Of a stretch of DNA of 43,924 nucleotides, positions 37,120 to 43,681 are shown in pieces. This DNA comes from a virus (lineage: Duplodnaviria > Caudoviricetes): IMG/VR virus record IMGVR_UViG_3300046479_000024, positions 1 to 43,924 of that record. One strand, given 5' to 3'. The notes below the pieces were generated by a model. The model worked only from the letters and a program-made list of their open reading frames with translations, ran no database searches and had not been told where the DNA came from. The position numbers were made by a program, and so were the translations under genes. Position 1 is the first letter of the stretch, and each line of letters begins with the position of its first letter.

Positions 37120-37285
37120 ATAGTTTCCCCTTCCGATCAGGCTTGCCCTTCTCGGAGCCAACGCTAAAATCGTGTAATTGCGAATGGGACATCTTGAGCA
37201 GCCCCCGGTTTCTCGAATAGAGTTTGCCAGGGGCGTGCTCCGCGATTTGCATGGCGGTTTGTTGCGCAACACTTTTAGCTGGAAT
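37106..37285 (-). CDS. DUF3008-like small protein, probable ATT start
   Basis: (M)PAKSVAQQTAM..A...KLY..MS..QLHDF; SD GGAGG 5 nt before ATT. Confidence 0.65.
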   Translation of the reverse strand: MPAKSVAQQTAMQIAEHAPGKLYSRNRGLLKMSHSQLHDFSVGSEKGKPDRKGKLYGAR

Positions 37286-37910
37286 GGTCGCCTCCCATGT
37301 GCGATGCAATTCTTGCACATCTTTCGGTAAAATCAGACAACGACATTTCCCGCTTCATAAAGTTGCACGGTTTACAACATGAAACCGTATTTTCCTTGGA
37401 ATATCCAAGATTGTTATCAACCCTGTCAATGCCATTCAACACGATCTCCTCGAAAACCGTTCGCTTCACCTGCGCCGGACTATCTCCACAATAAAAGCAT
37501 GAAGATTGAGTGAGTCTTGAAAATTCCTCTGGCGTCAATGAAAAATCAAGACCTCTTACGATTGCACTTCGTCTTGATTCCCCAAAAGACTTTCTCATAG
37601 TAGCGCCAGGGCGTCTCATAGATAAACGTCGGCGCGCCTTTACTTCTGGAGCATGTTTATTGCAGCCGCAACTTGTGGTTCTTCCAGACTCAAGACTACT
37701 AGCTACCCGAACCACACTGTTTCCACAATCGCATAAACACAACCAAGAAATTTGCCTCTTCGAGTTTCTTCCATACTCACACACAACCTCAAGTTTTCCG
37801 AATCGCATTCCAGTGAGGTTATGCGCATTATGATGAAAGGTTCCCTCTGGGACCGTAATGGGTCGCGGTCCAGAGGAGAGACGTGTTTGCGCCTTCGATA
37901 CTGATGGCAT
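37275..37910 (-). CDS. HNH homing endonuclease
   Basis: LTGMRFGKLEV, WLCLCDCGN, TTSCGC, CFYCG, GIDRVDNNLGYSKENTVSCCKPCNFMK. Confidence 0.9.
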   Translation of the reverse strand: MPSVSKAQTRLSSGPRPITVPEGTFHHNAHNLTGMRFGKLEVVCEYGRNSKRQISWLCLCDCGNSVVRVASSLESGRTTSCGCNKHAPEVKARRRLSMRRPGATMRKSFGESRRSAIVRGLDFSLTPEEFSRLTQSSCFYCGDSPAQVKRTVFEEIVLNGIDRVDNNLGYSKENTVSCCKPCNFMKREMSLSDFTERCARIASHMGGDHSS

Positions 37911-38764
37911 TATTGCACCGAAACAGAATACTCCAGAATCACCTTCAAGGTTCCTGTTCCTGTAGTGAAGGCTCCGGTTGCATTGGTGATGTAGATGGGC
38001 TGATTGAGCACGTTGGCCGCAGTAAGGACCGCATTCAATACGCCGCTTTCATTGATCTCCTGCATAGTGGTTCCCGACGTAAGGAAAGCCGCAGCAACTG
38101 TCGAGGCAAGAGCATTTGTAGCTGCCGTTGTACCATATCCGACAGTCAGAACGCCTCCACTCGCATAGGCTGTGCCGGTATTCTCGTCAACGAGAGTCGC
38201 CTTCAACACGTCATAAAACAGGCCGGTGCCAGGAGCGGGAAGCAATAGAACCGGAGTTGCATACAGAGCGAGAATCTGGGCATTGGTCAGAGTCACGACC
38301 TGCCGCTGGACACCCATGCTTGTAAAGTATTGAGTCGCCTCAAATACTCCACCATCCGATGCCCTCACCACATCTCCAGCACCATGCGCGTAAGTGAAAG
38401 TCGCCGTCAATACGCATTGCTGGTAACTGTTCGCCTGCCCAGTTGTGCAGGATGCCGAACTCGGAGTGACAACCTCATAGGTCGCGCCGGAGCCGATTGC
38501 GAACGGAGGATAGGTGGTGCCTGAAAATGGGTAAAGAGGATACGCGCCCACGCCGGTAGAGGTTTTTCCGTAATCCAGCGTGATTGAGTAGCTTCCCGAA
38601 GTTCCGCCGCCAGCACCAACAATAAGCGCCGGTCCGCCATTGGGTGTGACTCCATAGGCAAAGCTGATGACATTGATGTCGCTGGCGTATTGGCCATAAT
38701 ACTGCGCTGAAACGGGCAGTGAAGCCAGAAGCAACGCGCCGATAATCAAGAGTGTCTTTTTCAC
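37910..38764 (-). CDS. Signal-peptide-bearing beta-rich protein in head module
   Basis: MKKTLLIIGALLLASLPVSA|Q; Thr/Gly-rich; C-terminal VTLTNAQILAL.ATPV.L.PAPG motif seen in phage structural proteins. Confidence 0.75.
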   Translation of the reverse strand: MKKTLLIIGALLLASLPVSAQYYGQYASDINVISFAYGVTPNGGPALIVGAGGGTSGSYSITLDYGKTSTGVGAYPLYPFSGTTYPPFAIGSGATYEVVTPSSASCTTGQANSYQQCVLTATFTYAHGAGDVVRASDGGVFEATQYFTSMGVQRQVVTLTNAQILALYATPVLLLPAPGTGLFYDVLKATLVDENTGTAYASGGVLTVGYGTTAATNALASTVAAAFLTSGTTMQEINESGVLNAVLTAANVLNQPIYITNATGAFTTGTGTLKVILEYSVSVQ

Positions 38765-38791
38765 GTCATTCTCCTTGGGCGGTATGCCCGG

Positions 38792-38950
38792 TTACATTTT
38801 CCCTGTAGATTCATGCGGGGATTTTTCAGGATTCAATTTGTCAAGAATTCGATCATAGATAGCCACCTGATCACCTTCAGGACGATACGATTCCCAATAA
38901 TGCAGGAACATATCCTTGATCGTCATAAGTTCATCCTGTGAAAAATCCAT
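38792..38950 (-). CDS. Low-GC inserted small gene (52 aa; MDFSQDELMTIK...), not in ORF track
   Basis: TAATG coupling; fills the gap. Confidence 0.6.
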   Translation of the reverse strand: MDFSQDELMTIKDMFLHYWESYRPEGDQVAIYDRILDKLNPEKSPHESTGKM

Positions 38951-39423
38951 TACATTCCGCCCAGTGCTGAGCCTTCCTCGTTCTCTGATTCGCCATGCTG
39001 GTGCTGCGGTTCTTCGGACTCTTCGCCGAGAAACTTGTCCATCGCCTCACGAGCCTCGTTTGCGGTGTTGTGCTCACCATGGTCCGTATGCTGTCCCTGC
39101 TCATCAATCGAGTGGGAGTGGGCTGCGATGCCGTCGTGATGTACGATGTGGTGCTTGTCGCCGTCCGTTACCTTGTGGCCAAGGTGCGCAAGCATATGCA
39201 GATGGTCTGGATGCTCTTCGCGGGTTCCGTCGGGATGCTCTGTGTGGAAAGTCCCATCGCCGTGATCGTGGACGTTGTGAATCTGATCGCCGCCGCCGTC
39301 GCTCTTCTCTTGCTCTTCAGTCGATTCGTGCGGTTTGGTTTCTCCATGCGGCTTGGGGATGTAAGAGCTATTCCGCTCCCCGCCGCGCATCTTGCCGAGT
39401 CCATCAAAGCCATCTCGTGCCAT
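38950..39423 (-). CDS. His-rich protein
   Basis: Many His in HxxH/HxH clusters; TAATG coupling. Confidence 0.75.
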   Translation of the reverse strand: MARDGFDGLGKMRGGERNSSYIPKPHGETKPHESTEEQEKSDGGGDQIHNVHDHGDGTFHTEHPDGTREEHPDHLHMLAHLGHKVTDGDKHHIVHHDGIAAHSHSIDEQGQHTDHGEHNTANEAREAMDKFLGEESEEPQHQHGESENEEGSALGGM

Positions 39424-39704
39424 TATTTTGCCTCACTTTCGGTCGATTCCGGTAATGATTCCACGACGTTTACTCCATCAGCCGGAAGCGATGCGTTCAC
39501 TTCTGGTGCATCCCTGCGAACGAGCAAACCGTCCCTGGTCCATCCCTCCAACGGCTTCAGTTGAGGTTCTACGACTATCGGCACTTCTTCCGGGTCTACC
39601 AAGAAGTTCTCGGCCAGAAGCGCCTCAAACCGGGCCACCAAGTGCGGGTCACTGGGCAGAATCAACTCATTCTGCAAGAGTTGTGCGAATTTACTCGATG
39701 TCAT
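39423..39704 (-). CDS. Hypothetical acidic protein (start ATG 39704)
   Basis: SD GGAG. Confidence 0.65.
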   Translation of the reverse strand: MTSSKFAQLLQNELILPSDPHLVARFEALLAENFLVDPEEVPIVVEPQLKPLEGWTRDGLLVRRDAPEVNASLPADGVNVVESLPESTESEAK

Positions 39705-40008
39705 TCTGTGCTCCAATCTCAGGTTGCAACCCAAACGCCGCCTCGGTCAACCGGCGCACATCCGCCGAAGACTTGGCCTTAATGGTTGAATCATCTCTCT
39801 TTTCCTGGGGTTGTGTCAAAGGAATCTTGCGGAGACGCTGAATTTCTGCCTCAAGTCGAGCATTATGGGAGGTTTCTGTACTCAGAGTTCCAAGCGCAAA
39901 ATCACGTGCTTCTTTCAGTGCCTTAATCTTGCGCTTATCGTCCTGTACGCAAATGGCCATAATCGCAATCACCACCAAAAGAACGAATATCACTGCCGCG
40001 CTGCCCAT
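39691..40008 (-). CDS. Membrane-anchored coiled-coil protein (start ATG 40008)
   Basis: N-terminal TM; SD AAGGGG. Confidence 0.65.
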   Translation of the reverse strand: MGSAAVIFVLLVVIAIMAICVQDDKRKIKALKEARDFALGTLSTETSHNARLEAEIQRLRKIPLTQPQEKRDDSTIKAKSSADVRRLTEAAFGLQPEIGAQNDIE

Positions 40009-41540
40009 GCTGACCCCTTCCTCGGATTGTTGTCCTGCTTCCATTTTGCCATAAGCACACTCTTTGCCGTCATGTCCGCCTTGGGACTCAAGCTCTGATA
40101 ATACTCCTGCTGCCTCACTTGCAACGGTTTGGAGGCTGGACGGCCAAAGATTGCATACAGCCCGTACCCGGAACCTTGCAGCGGAGAATCAGATCCGCCA
40201 ATCCCTGCCTCAATCTGCTCAACACGAATCGGGTCAGACTTCACAATTGGGATTATCCGGCGTAACTGGCGACACTTGTCGCTTACCTGCCAGCCTGGAA
40301 TCTCTATCGGGTGCCCACCAGCATCCTCGCCCACTCTGATTCGCTTGGCCAGAAGTTCCCTCATCAGCGTATCGCGCCCCAGCTTGTCCCTTGTGCTTGG
40401 CAGCGGTATTGGGATGCCCTCACGACGCAATACAGGAGTCATGCGCTGATTCACAGACCGCATATCCGCGCCCATCGTCGCTGTGGTTTTGGCGTAGTTT
40501 GCATCGAATGACTGAGTGAAGTTCACAAAGTTGGGCATTACCAACTTTCCGTGTTCATCCTCTTCCATCGCCCATTCTGCCAGCGCCTCCGCCAGGTTCT
40601 CAGGGTCAAGGTGTTGCGTATAGAACTCATCGTAGGTATAGACCTCACCATCTGGACCCATGCAGTGTTTGTAGTAGCTTGCCGGGTCTTCATAGCCCCA
40701 GTTGCCTGAAATCCACCGGCGATACCAGTCTGGGAACCGAACGCTGCCATCCTTGAATACATGGATATTCTCATCCCACACGCCTCTGAAGTATCCGCCA
40801 GCCGCTCCCCACAGGCCGAACTTGAGCGCATCGCGCACATCTGCCGGGTACGCTTCCAGGTTCTTGAGGAACGTGGGGTCATTGGCAAAGATAGGGTTAT
40901 CGAGGTATGTCGCCGGAAAGTAATCGTAGTCATCCGGGTCAAATGCTGCCTTCTGGCTATCGTCCATCCCCATGCAGGGAATACCCTTGACGAACAAATC
41001 CTCTACCCACATCGCGCCAATACCGATGGGATTTCCTGCCCCATACTTGCGGGGCTTATCGCTCACCGGGCAGCGATTCCAGGCCGCAACGCTTGCCCAC
41101 TGCTTGAAAGTGAACTCGCAAAGCTCATCGTAACCCATGTGGAACCACTGGCCTTGCCAACCCCAAACATCATGCTCATACTGCATCGAGCCGAACTTGG
41201 TCGTAGCGCCGTTGAGCCATGTGACCTGGTTCTTGCCCTCGTTGTACTGCCGGTAAAGCTCCTTGGGAAACGACTCACGGAAGCGCGTAATCACTGTTGC
41301 CTCAAGCATGGGGAACGTACGCCGAAACAGGATCGTGTGGACCTTGGGACCATCCTCATTAGAGAACTCGTTGCAGGCTTGGAACTGCTCCATCAGCATC
41401 CCCATCGTCTTGCCGGGTCCAGCCGCGCCGCCCATGAACCCGTATGGTGCTGCCGAAGCATGGAAGCGGCACTGGAAAGGGTATGGATCGTAAATCTTGC
41501 GTGTGTCGATTACAAACCGCTCTGCGCCTGATAGACCCAT
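39990..41540 (-). CDS. terL: Terminase large subunit
   Basis: Walker A GGAAGPGKT, RRTFPML, Walker B GYDEL, GNP, DNP, G.W motifs. Confidence 0.93.
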   Translation of the reverse strand: MGLSGAERFVIDTRKIYDPYPFQCRFHASAAPYGFMGGAAGPGKTMGMLMEQFQACNEFSNEDGPKVHTILFRRTFPMLEATVITRFRESFPKELYRQYNEGKNQVTWLNGATTKFGSMQYEHDVWGWQGQWFHMGYDELCEFTFKQWASVAAWNRCPVSDKPRKYGAGNPIGIGAMWVEDLFVKGIPCMGMDDSQKAAFDPDDYDYFPATYLDNPIFANDPTFLKNLEAYPADVRDALKFGLWGAAGGYFRGVWDENIHVFKDGSVRFPDWYRRWISGNWGYEDPASYYKHCMGPDGEVYTYDEFYTQHLDPENLAEALAEWAMEEDEHGKLVMPNFVNFTQSFDANYAKTTATMGADMRSVNQRMTPVLRREGIPIPLPSTRDKLGRDTLMRELLAKRIRVGEDAGGHPIEIPGWQVSDKCRQLRRIIPIVKSDPIRVEQIEAGIGGSDSPLQGSGYGLYAIFGRPASKPLQVRQQEYYQSLSPKADMTAKSVLMAKWKQDNNPRKGSAWAARQ

Positions 41541-41544
41541 ACCC

Positions 41545-41712
41545 TTAAACCTCCTTATCTGGATAGATGCCTGAGAAAATAGGCCGTTGCTTCATGCCTT
41601 CCACGTGGCGGTACGCGGCCTCAATCTCCTCGCGGAGAGAATCAATCGTCGCCCCACTTCGGAGCGCGTTGATCGCCCATTCGTATATCTCGTCACGCTC
41701 TACTGTGTCCAT
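41545..41712 (-). CDS. Small hypothetical gene (55 aa; MDTVERDEIYEW...), not in ORF track
   Basis: Fills gap; its 3' end supplies the terL SD. Confidence 0.6.
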   Translation of the reverse strand: MDTVERDEIYEWAINALRSGATIDSLREEIEAAYRHVEGMKQRPIFSGIYPDKEV

Positions 41713-41715
41713 AGC

Positions 41716-42066
41716 CTATCCGTGGTAGATGATGAGACTGCCGGTTGTGGGAGCCGTGGCAAACAGGCCGCGCACCCAAGGCACAGCGCATGAGATCGTA
41801 GCAAGCGCACCGGCTGCGATAGACGATCCGAGAGACTGGTACAGCGCCGCGCTATCCGACGGGGCGGCTTGCATCTGTACTGCCTGGTTTGTGGAGTTGA
41901 AGACCGTGCAATATGTTGCCGTATCACCTGGCGCTGGAGCAATGGCCACCTGCTCCGTGGCTAGTACGCCGCTATCAGATGCGGCATTGTTGACCAGCGC
42001 GATCTGGTCGCCGGTGTAGAGCGCAGGCTTGGGTGTGGGCATTGGCTGAGTGTTGTAGGCTGGCAT
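41716..42066 (-). CDS. Hypothetical beta-rich protein
   Basis: SD GAGGTG. Confidence 0.75.
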   Translation of the reverse strand: MPAYNTQPMPTPKPALYTGDQIALVNNAASDSGVLATEQVAIAPAPGDTATYCTVFNSTNQAVQMQAAPSDSAALYQSLGSSIAAGALATISCAVPWVRGLFATAPTTGSLIIYHG

Positions 42067-42074
42067 AGATCACC

Positions 42075-42158
42075 TCACGTGTGAGTGTACATCTTCCAGC
42101 ACCAAAGACCCAAGCAAAACAGCAGCGTTGTACCGATAATGTCAAATAGCTCTCTCAT
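42075..42158 (-). CDS. 27-aa hydrophobic peptide, not in ORF track
   Basis: SD GGAGG, ATGA overlap. Confidence 0.5.
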   Translation of the reverse strand: MRELFDIIGTTLLFCLGLWCWKMYTHT

Positions 42159-42367
42159 TTATGCCTCCGGTGGTGCCTGTGATGCGCGATTACCAGCACT
42201 GCCCCAACTACTACCGCCGCGCTCACGGTGGCGTATATCACCGCATGGTTGGAAGGCTGAGAAACAGGTCTCGCTGGAACACGCGGCTCCGGGCCAATGG
42301 CGTGTTGTGCTGAAAGGCTTGCAGAGAGCAAGCAGACAAGCAGCAGTAGAACGAATCGCCTAATCAT
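42155..42367 (-). CDS. Small exported protein: signal peptide, C-terminal TM, His/Arg tail (start ATG 42367)
   Basis: MIRRFVLLLLVCLLSASLSA|Q...AVVVGAVLVIAHHRHHRRHK; SD GGAGG. Confidence 0.7.
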   Translation of the reverse strand: MIRRFVLLLLVCLLSASLSAQHAIGPEPRVPARPVSQPSNHAVIYATVSAAVVVGAVLVIAHHRHHRRHK

Positions 42368-42642
42368 GGGTACATCCTCCGACAATTTGTGCACCAGTAG
42401 CCGTCCGCACGTTGGAATCCGGTATGGCCGGTTTGGGTGCATTTGGCGGGAGCGGCTGGACTCGAACCAGCGGGTTCGGCTTTGGAGACCGACAGTGTAG
42501 CCGCTACGCTTACGCTCCCATTATCCCACTTGCGAGACCGGCAAGCCCGGTTAGGGCACCGCGCAGGCTTTGCGCTGCTATCAGGCATCCACTCCCATCC
42601 GCACAGATCACAATGCCACATCTCCCGCGTTACTCTACTCAT
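42364..42642 (-). CDS. Two-zinc-finger protein (92 aa) containing an embedded tRNA
   Basis: CDLCGWEW.P.....P.RCP...CRSRKW and C....H.....YWCTNC; leaderless promoter; ATGA coupling to next gene. Confidence 0.7.
   Translation of the reverse strand: MSRVTREMWHCDLCGWEWMPDSSAKPARCPNRACRSRKWDNGSVSVAATLSVSKAEPAGSSPAAPAKCTQTGHTGFQRADGYWCTNCRRMYP
42444..42519 (-). tRNA. trnW: tRNA-Trp (CCA), 76 nt with encoded CCA; atypical D-arm
   Basis: Acceptor GGGAGCG/CGCTCCC + G73 + CCA; anticodon arm TCGGT-CTCCAAA-GCCGA; T arm GCTGG-TTCGAGT-CCAGC; G18G19. Confidence 0.85.
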
Positions 42643-42671
42643 GGGTACATTGTACCATATATGGGTACAAT
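42639..42671 (-). promoter_or_regulatory. Extended -10 promoter (TGGTACAAT) overlapped by palindrome ATTGTACC-N7-GGTACAAT and TGTACCCAT repeats
   Basis: Visible inverted and direct repeats; ATG 6 nt after -10. Confidence 0.7.
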
Positions 42672-42678
42672 ACGCCCA

Positions 42679-43119
42679 CTATTTAGGCGGCCTGGGGATG
42701 CTCGTGATGATCTGCACTGGGCCGCCCCCGTCGCCAGTAATGGCCGTCTTGTCGCCGTATACCTTAGGCAGCAGCTTGCAAGCAATCCACTTACGGGCAT
42801 CGACGCGCAGTTTGTTGCGCTGGATGCCCGCCGCATCCACACGTACACACACTCCACCATCAGGATCGGGCACCGCACACGTCGGCGTTTCATCGGCTAT
42901 CTCTATGATTTCAGAGGCATATTTCTCGGCCTGCTGCTCTCGCGCGCGTGCGTAATGCTCAGCAAAATCTGGATATTTGCGGAGCCAATCAAACACGGTC
43001 CCAGCATTGGGCATATCTGCATCTCCGCAAATAGCGCGCACAGACTCACCCGTAGCTATCCTATCGCACACAAAATCTGCAAGTGCGACAGAATAAAGCG
43101 TTGGCCGTCCTGCTGGCAT
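42679..43119 (-). CDS. terS: Terminase small subunit
   Basis: GRPTLY, IATGESVRAIC...MP...TVFDWL, YARARE, LRVDARKW...KL.PKVYGDK. Confidence 0.93.
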   Translation of the reverse strand: MPAGRPTLYSVALADFVCDRIATGESVRAICGDADMPNAGTVFDWLRKYPDFAEHYARAREQQAEKYASEIIEIADETPTCAVPDPDGGVCVRVDAAGIQRNKLRVDARKWIACKLLPKVYGDKTAITGDGGGPVQIITSIPRPPK

Positions 43120-43137
43120 ATCGTTCTCCTGCTGCGA

Positions 43138-43308
43138 TTATAGCGCGTTTCTCGCTTGCAGTCGTTCGCGGCGTGCTTTGAGTAGTACTTGCGTGTGCTG
43201 GGCAGCTTCGGCTTTGCGTGCTTGGTTGATTCTGTAATCTCGGACAATCTGGATGCGCTGGGCGTATCGGGCTGCTTCCGGCGGGTGATTATGCTCTCTA
43301 TCATCCAT
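43138..43308 (-). CDS. Small basic protein, first gene of late operon (leaderless ATG 43308)
   Basis: 7 nt after TAGCCT -10. Confidence 0.55.
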   Translation of the reverse strand: MDDREHNHPPEAARYAQRIQIVRDYRINQARKAEAAQHTQVLLKARRERLQARNAL

Positions 43309-43315
43309 AAGCGCG

Positions 43316-43344
43316 AGGCTAAATCTTTTGGTATACCTTGTCAA
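43316..43344 (-). promoter_or_regulatory. Late-operon promoter TTGACA-17-TAGCCT
   Basis: Consensus match. Confidence 0.65.
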
Positions 43345-43404
43345 GCCGCCTTACCCATCCCACGTGAAATATGCGGTCAACGCGCTTTTCCTTCCATAGC
43401 ATAT

Positions 43405-43434
43405 TTGACAACAAACCAGCTTTGCGCATACAAT
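43405..43434 (+). promoter_or_regulatory. Promoter TTGACA-18-TACAAT with ACAAA-N5-TTTG operator in spacer
   Basis: Consensus match; same spacer palindrome as 43688-43704. Confidence 0.7.
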
Positions 43435-43440
43435 CCCGAT

Positions 43441-43641
43441 ATGGATGATAAAACTGTATCAGCGGTGATGAGCTACCTGGGACGCAAAGGTGGGAGACCT
43501 CCTATCATGCGTCCTTGCCCTAAGTGTGCCCGTACAGTGAGTGCCAGGGCTATGCAGTACCCCTGTCCCGCACACACATCAGCAGCGTCTAGACGATCAC
43601 CGGTAAAGATTTTCACCCGCGTAAACACTGGAGATAAATGA
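43441..43641 (+). CDS. Small putative DNA-binding/Zn protein (66 aa), leaderless
   Basis: SYLGRKGGRP and CPKC..CPAH motifs; ATG 6 nt after -10. Confidence 0.6.
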   Translation: MDDKTVSAVMSYLGRKGGRPPIMRPCPKCARTVSARAMQYPCPAHTSAASRRSPVKIFTRVNTGDK

Positions 43642-43653
43642 GATTTGCACAGA

Positions 43654-43662
43654 TTATCCACA
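43654..43662 (+). promoter_or_regulatory. Perfect DnaA box TTATCCACA
   Basis: Exact consensus; 1-mismatch box ATTTGCACA at 43643-43651. Confidence 0.5.
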
Positions 43663-43681
43663 GTTTAGTGCGATATTGCAC

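Noticed and set aside
37262-37892. Group I intron hosting the HNH
   Set aside because: The 625-bp insert is almost entirely ORF; I could not find P3-P7 core elements.
42444-42519. Suppressor tRNA or alternative genetic code
   Set aside because: Anticodon is ordinary CCA; genes are intact under code 11 and use TAA, TAG and TGA as stops.
42444-42519. tRNA as attP for integration
   Set aside because: No integrase recognised, and the tRNA is complete and inside the late operon; cannot be fully excluded without the host genome.
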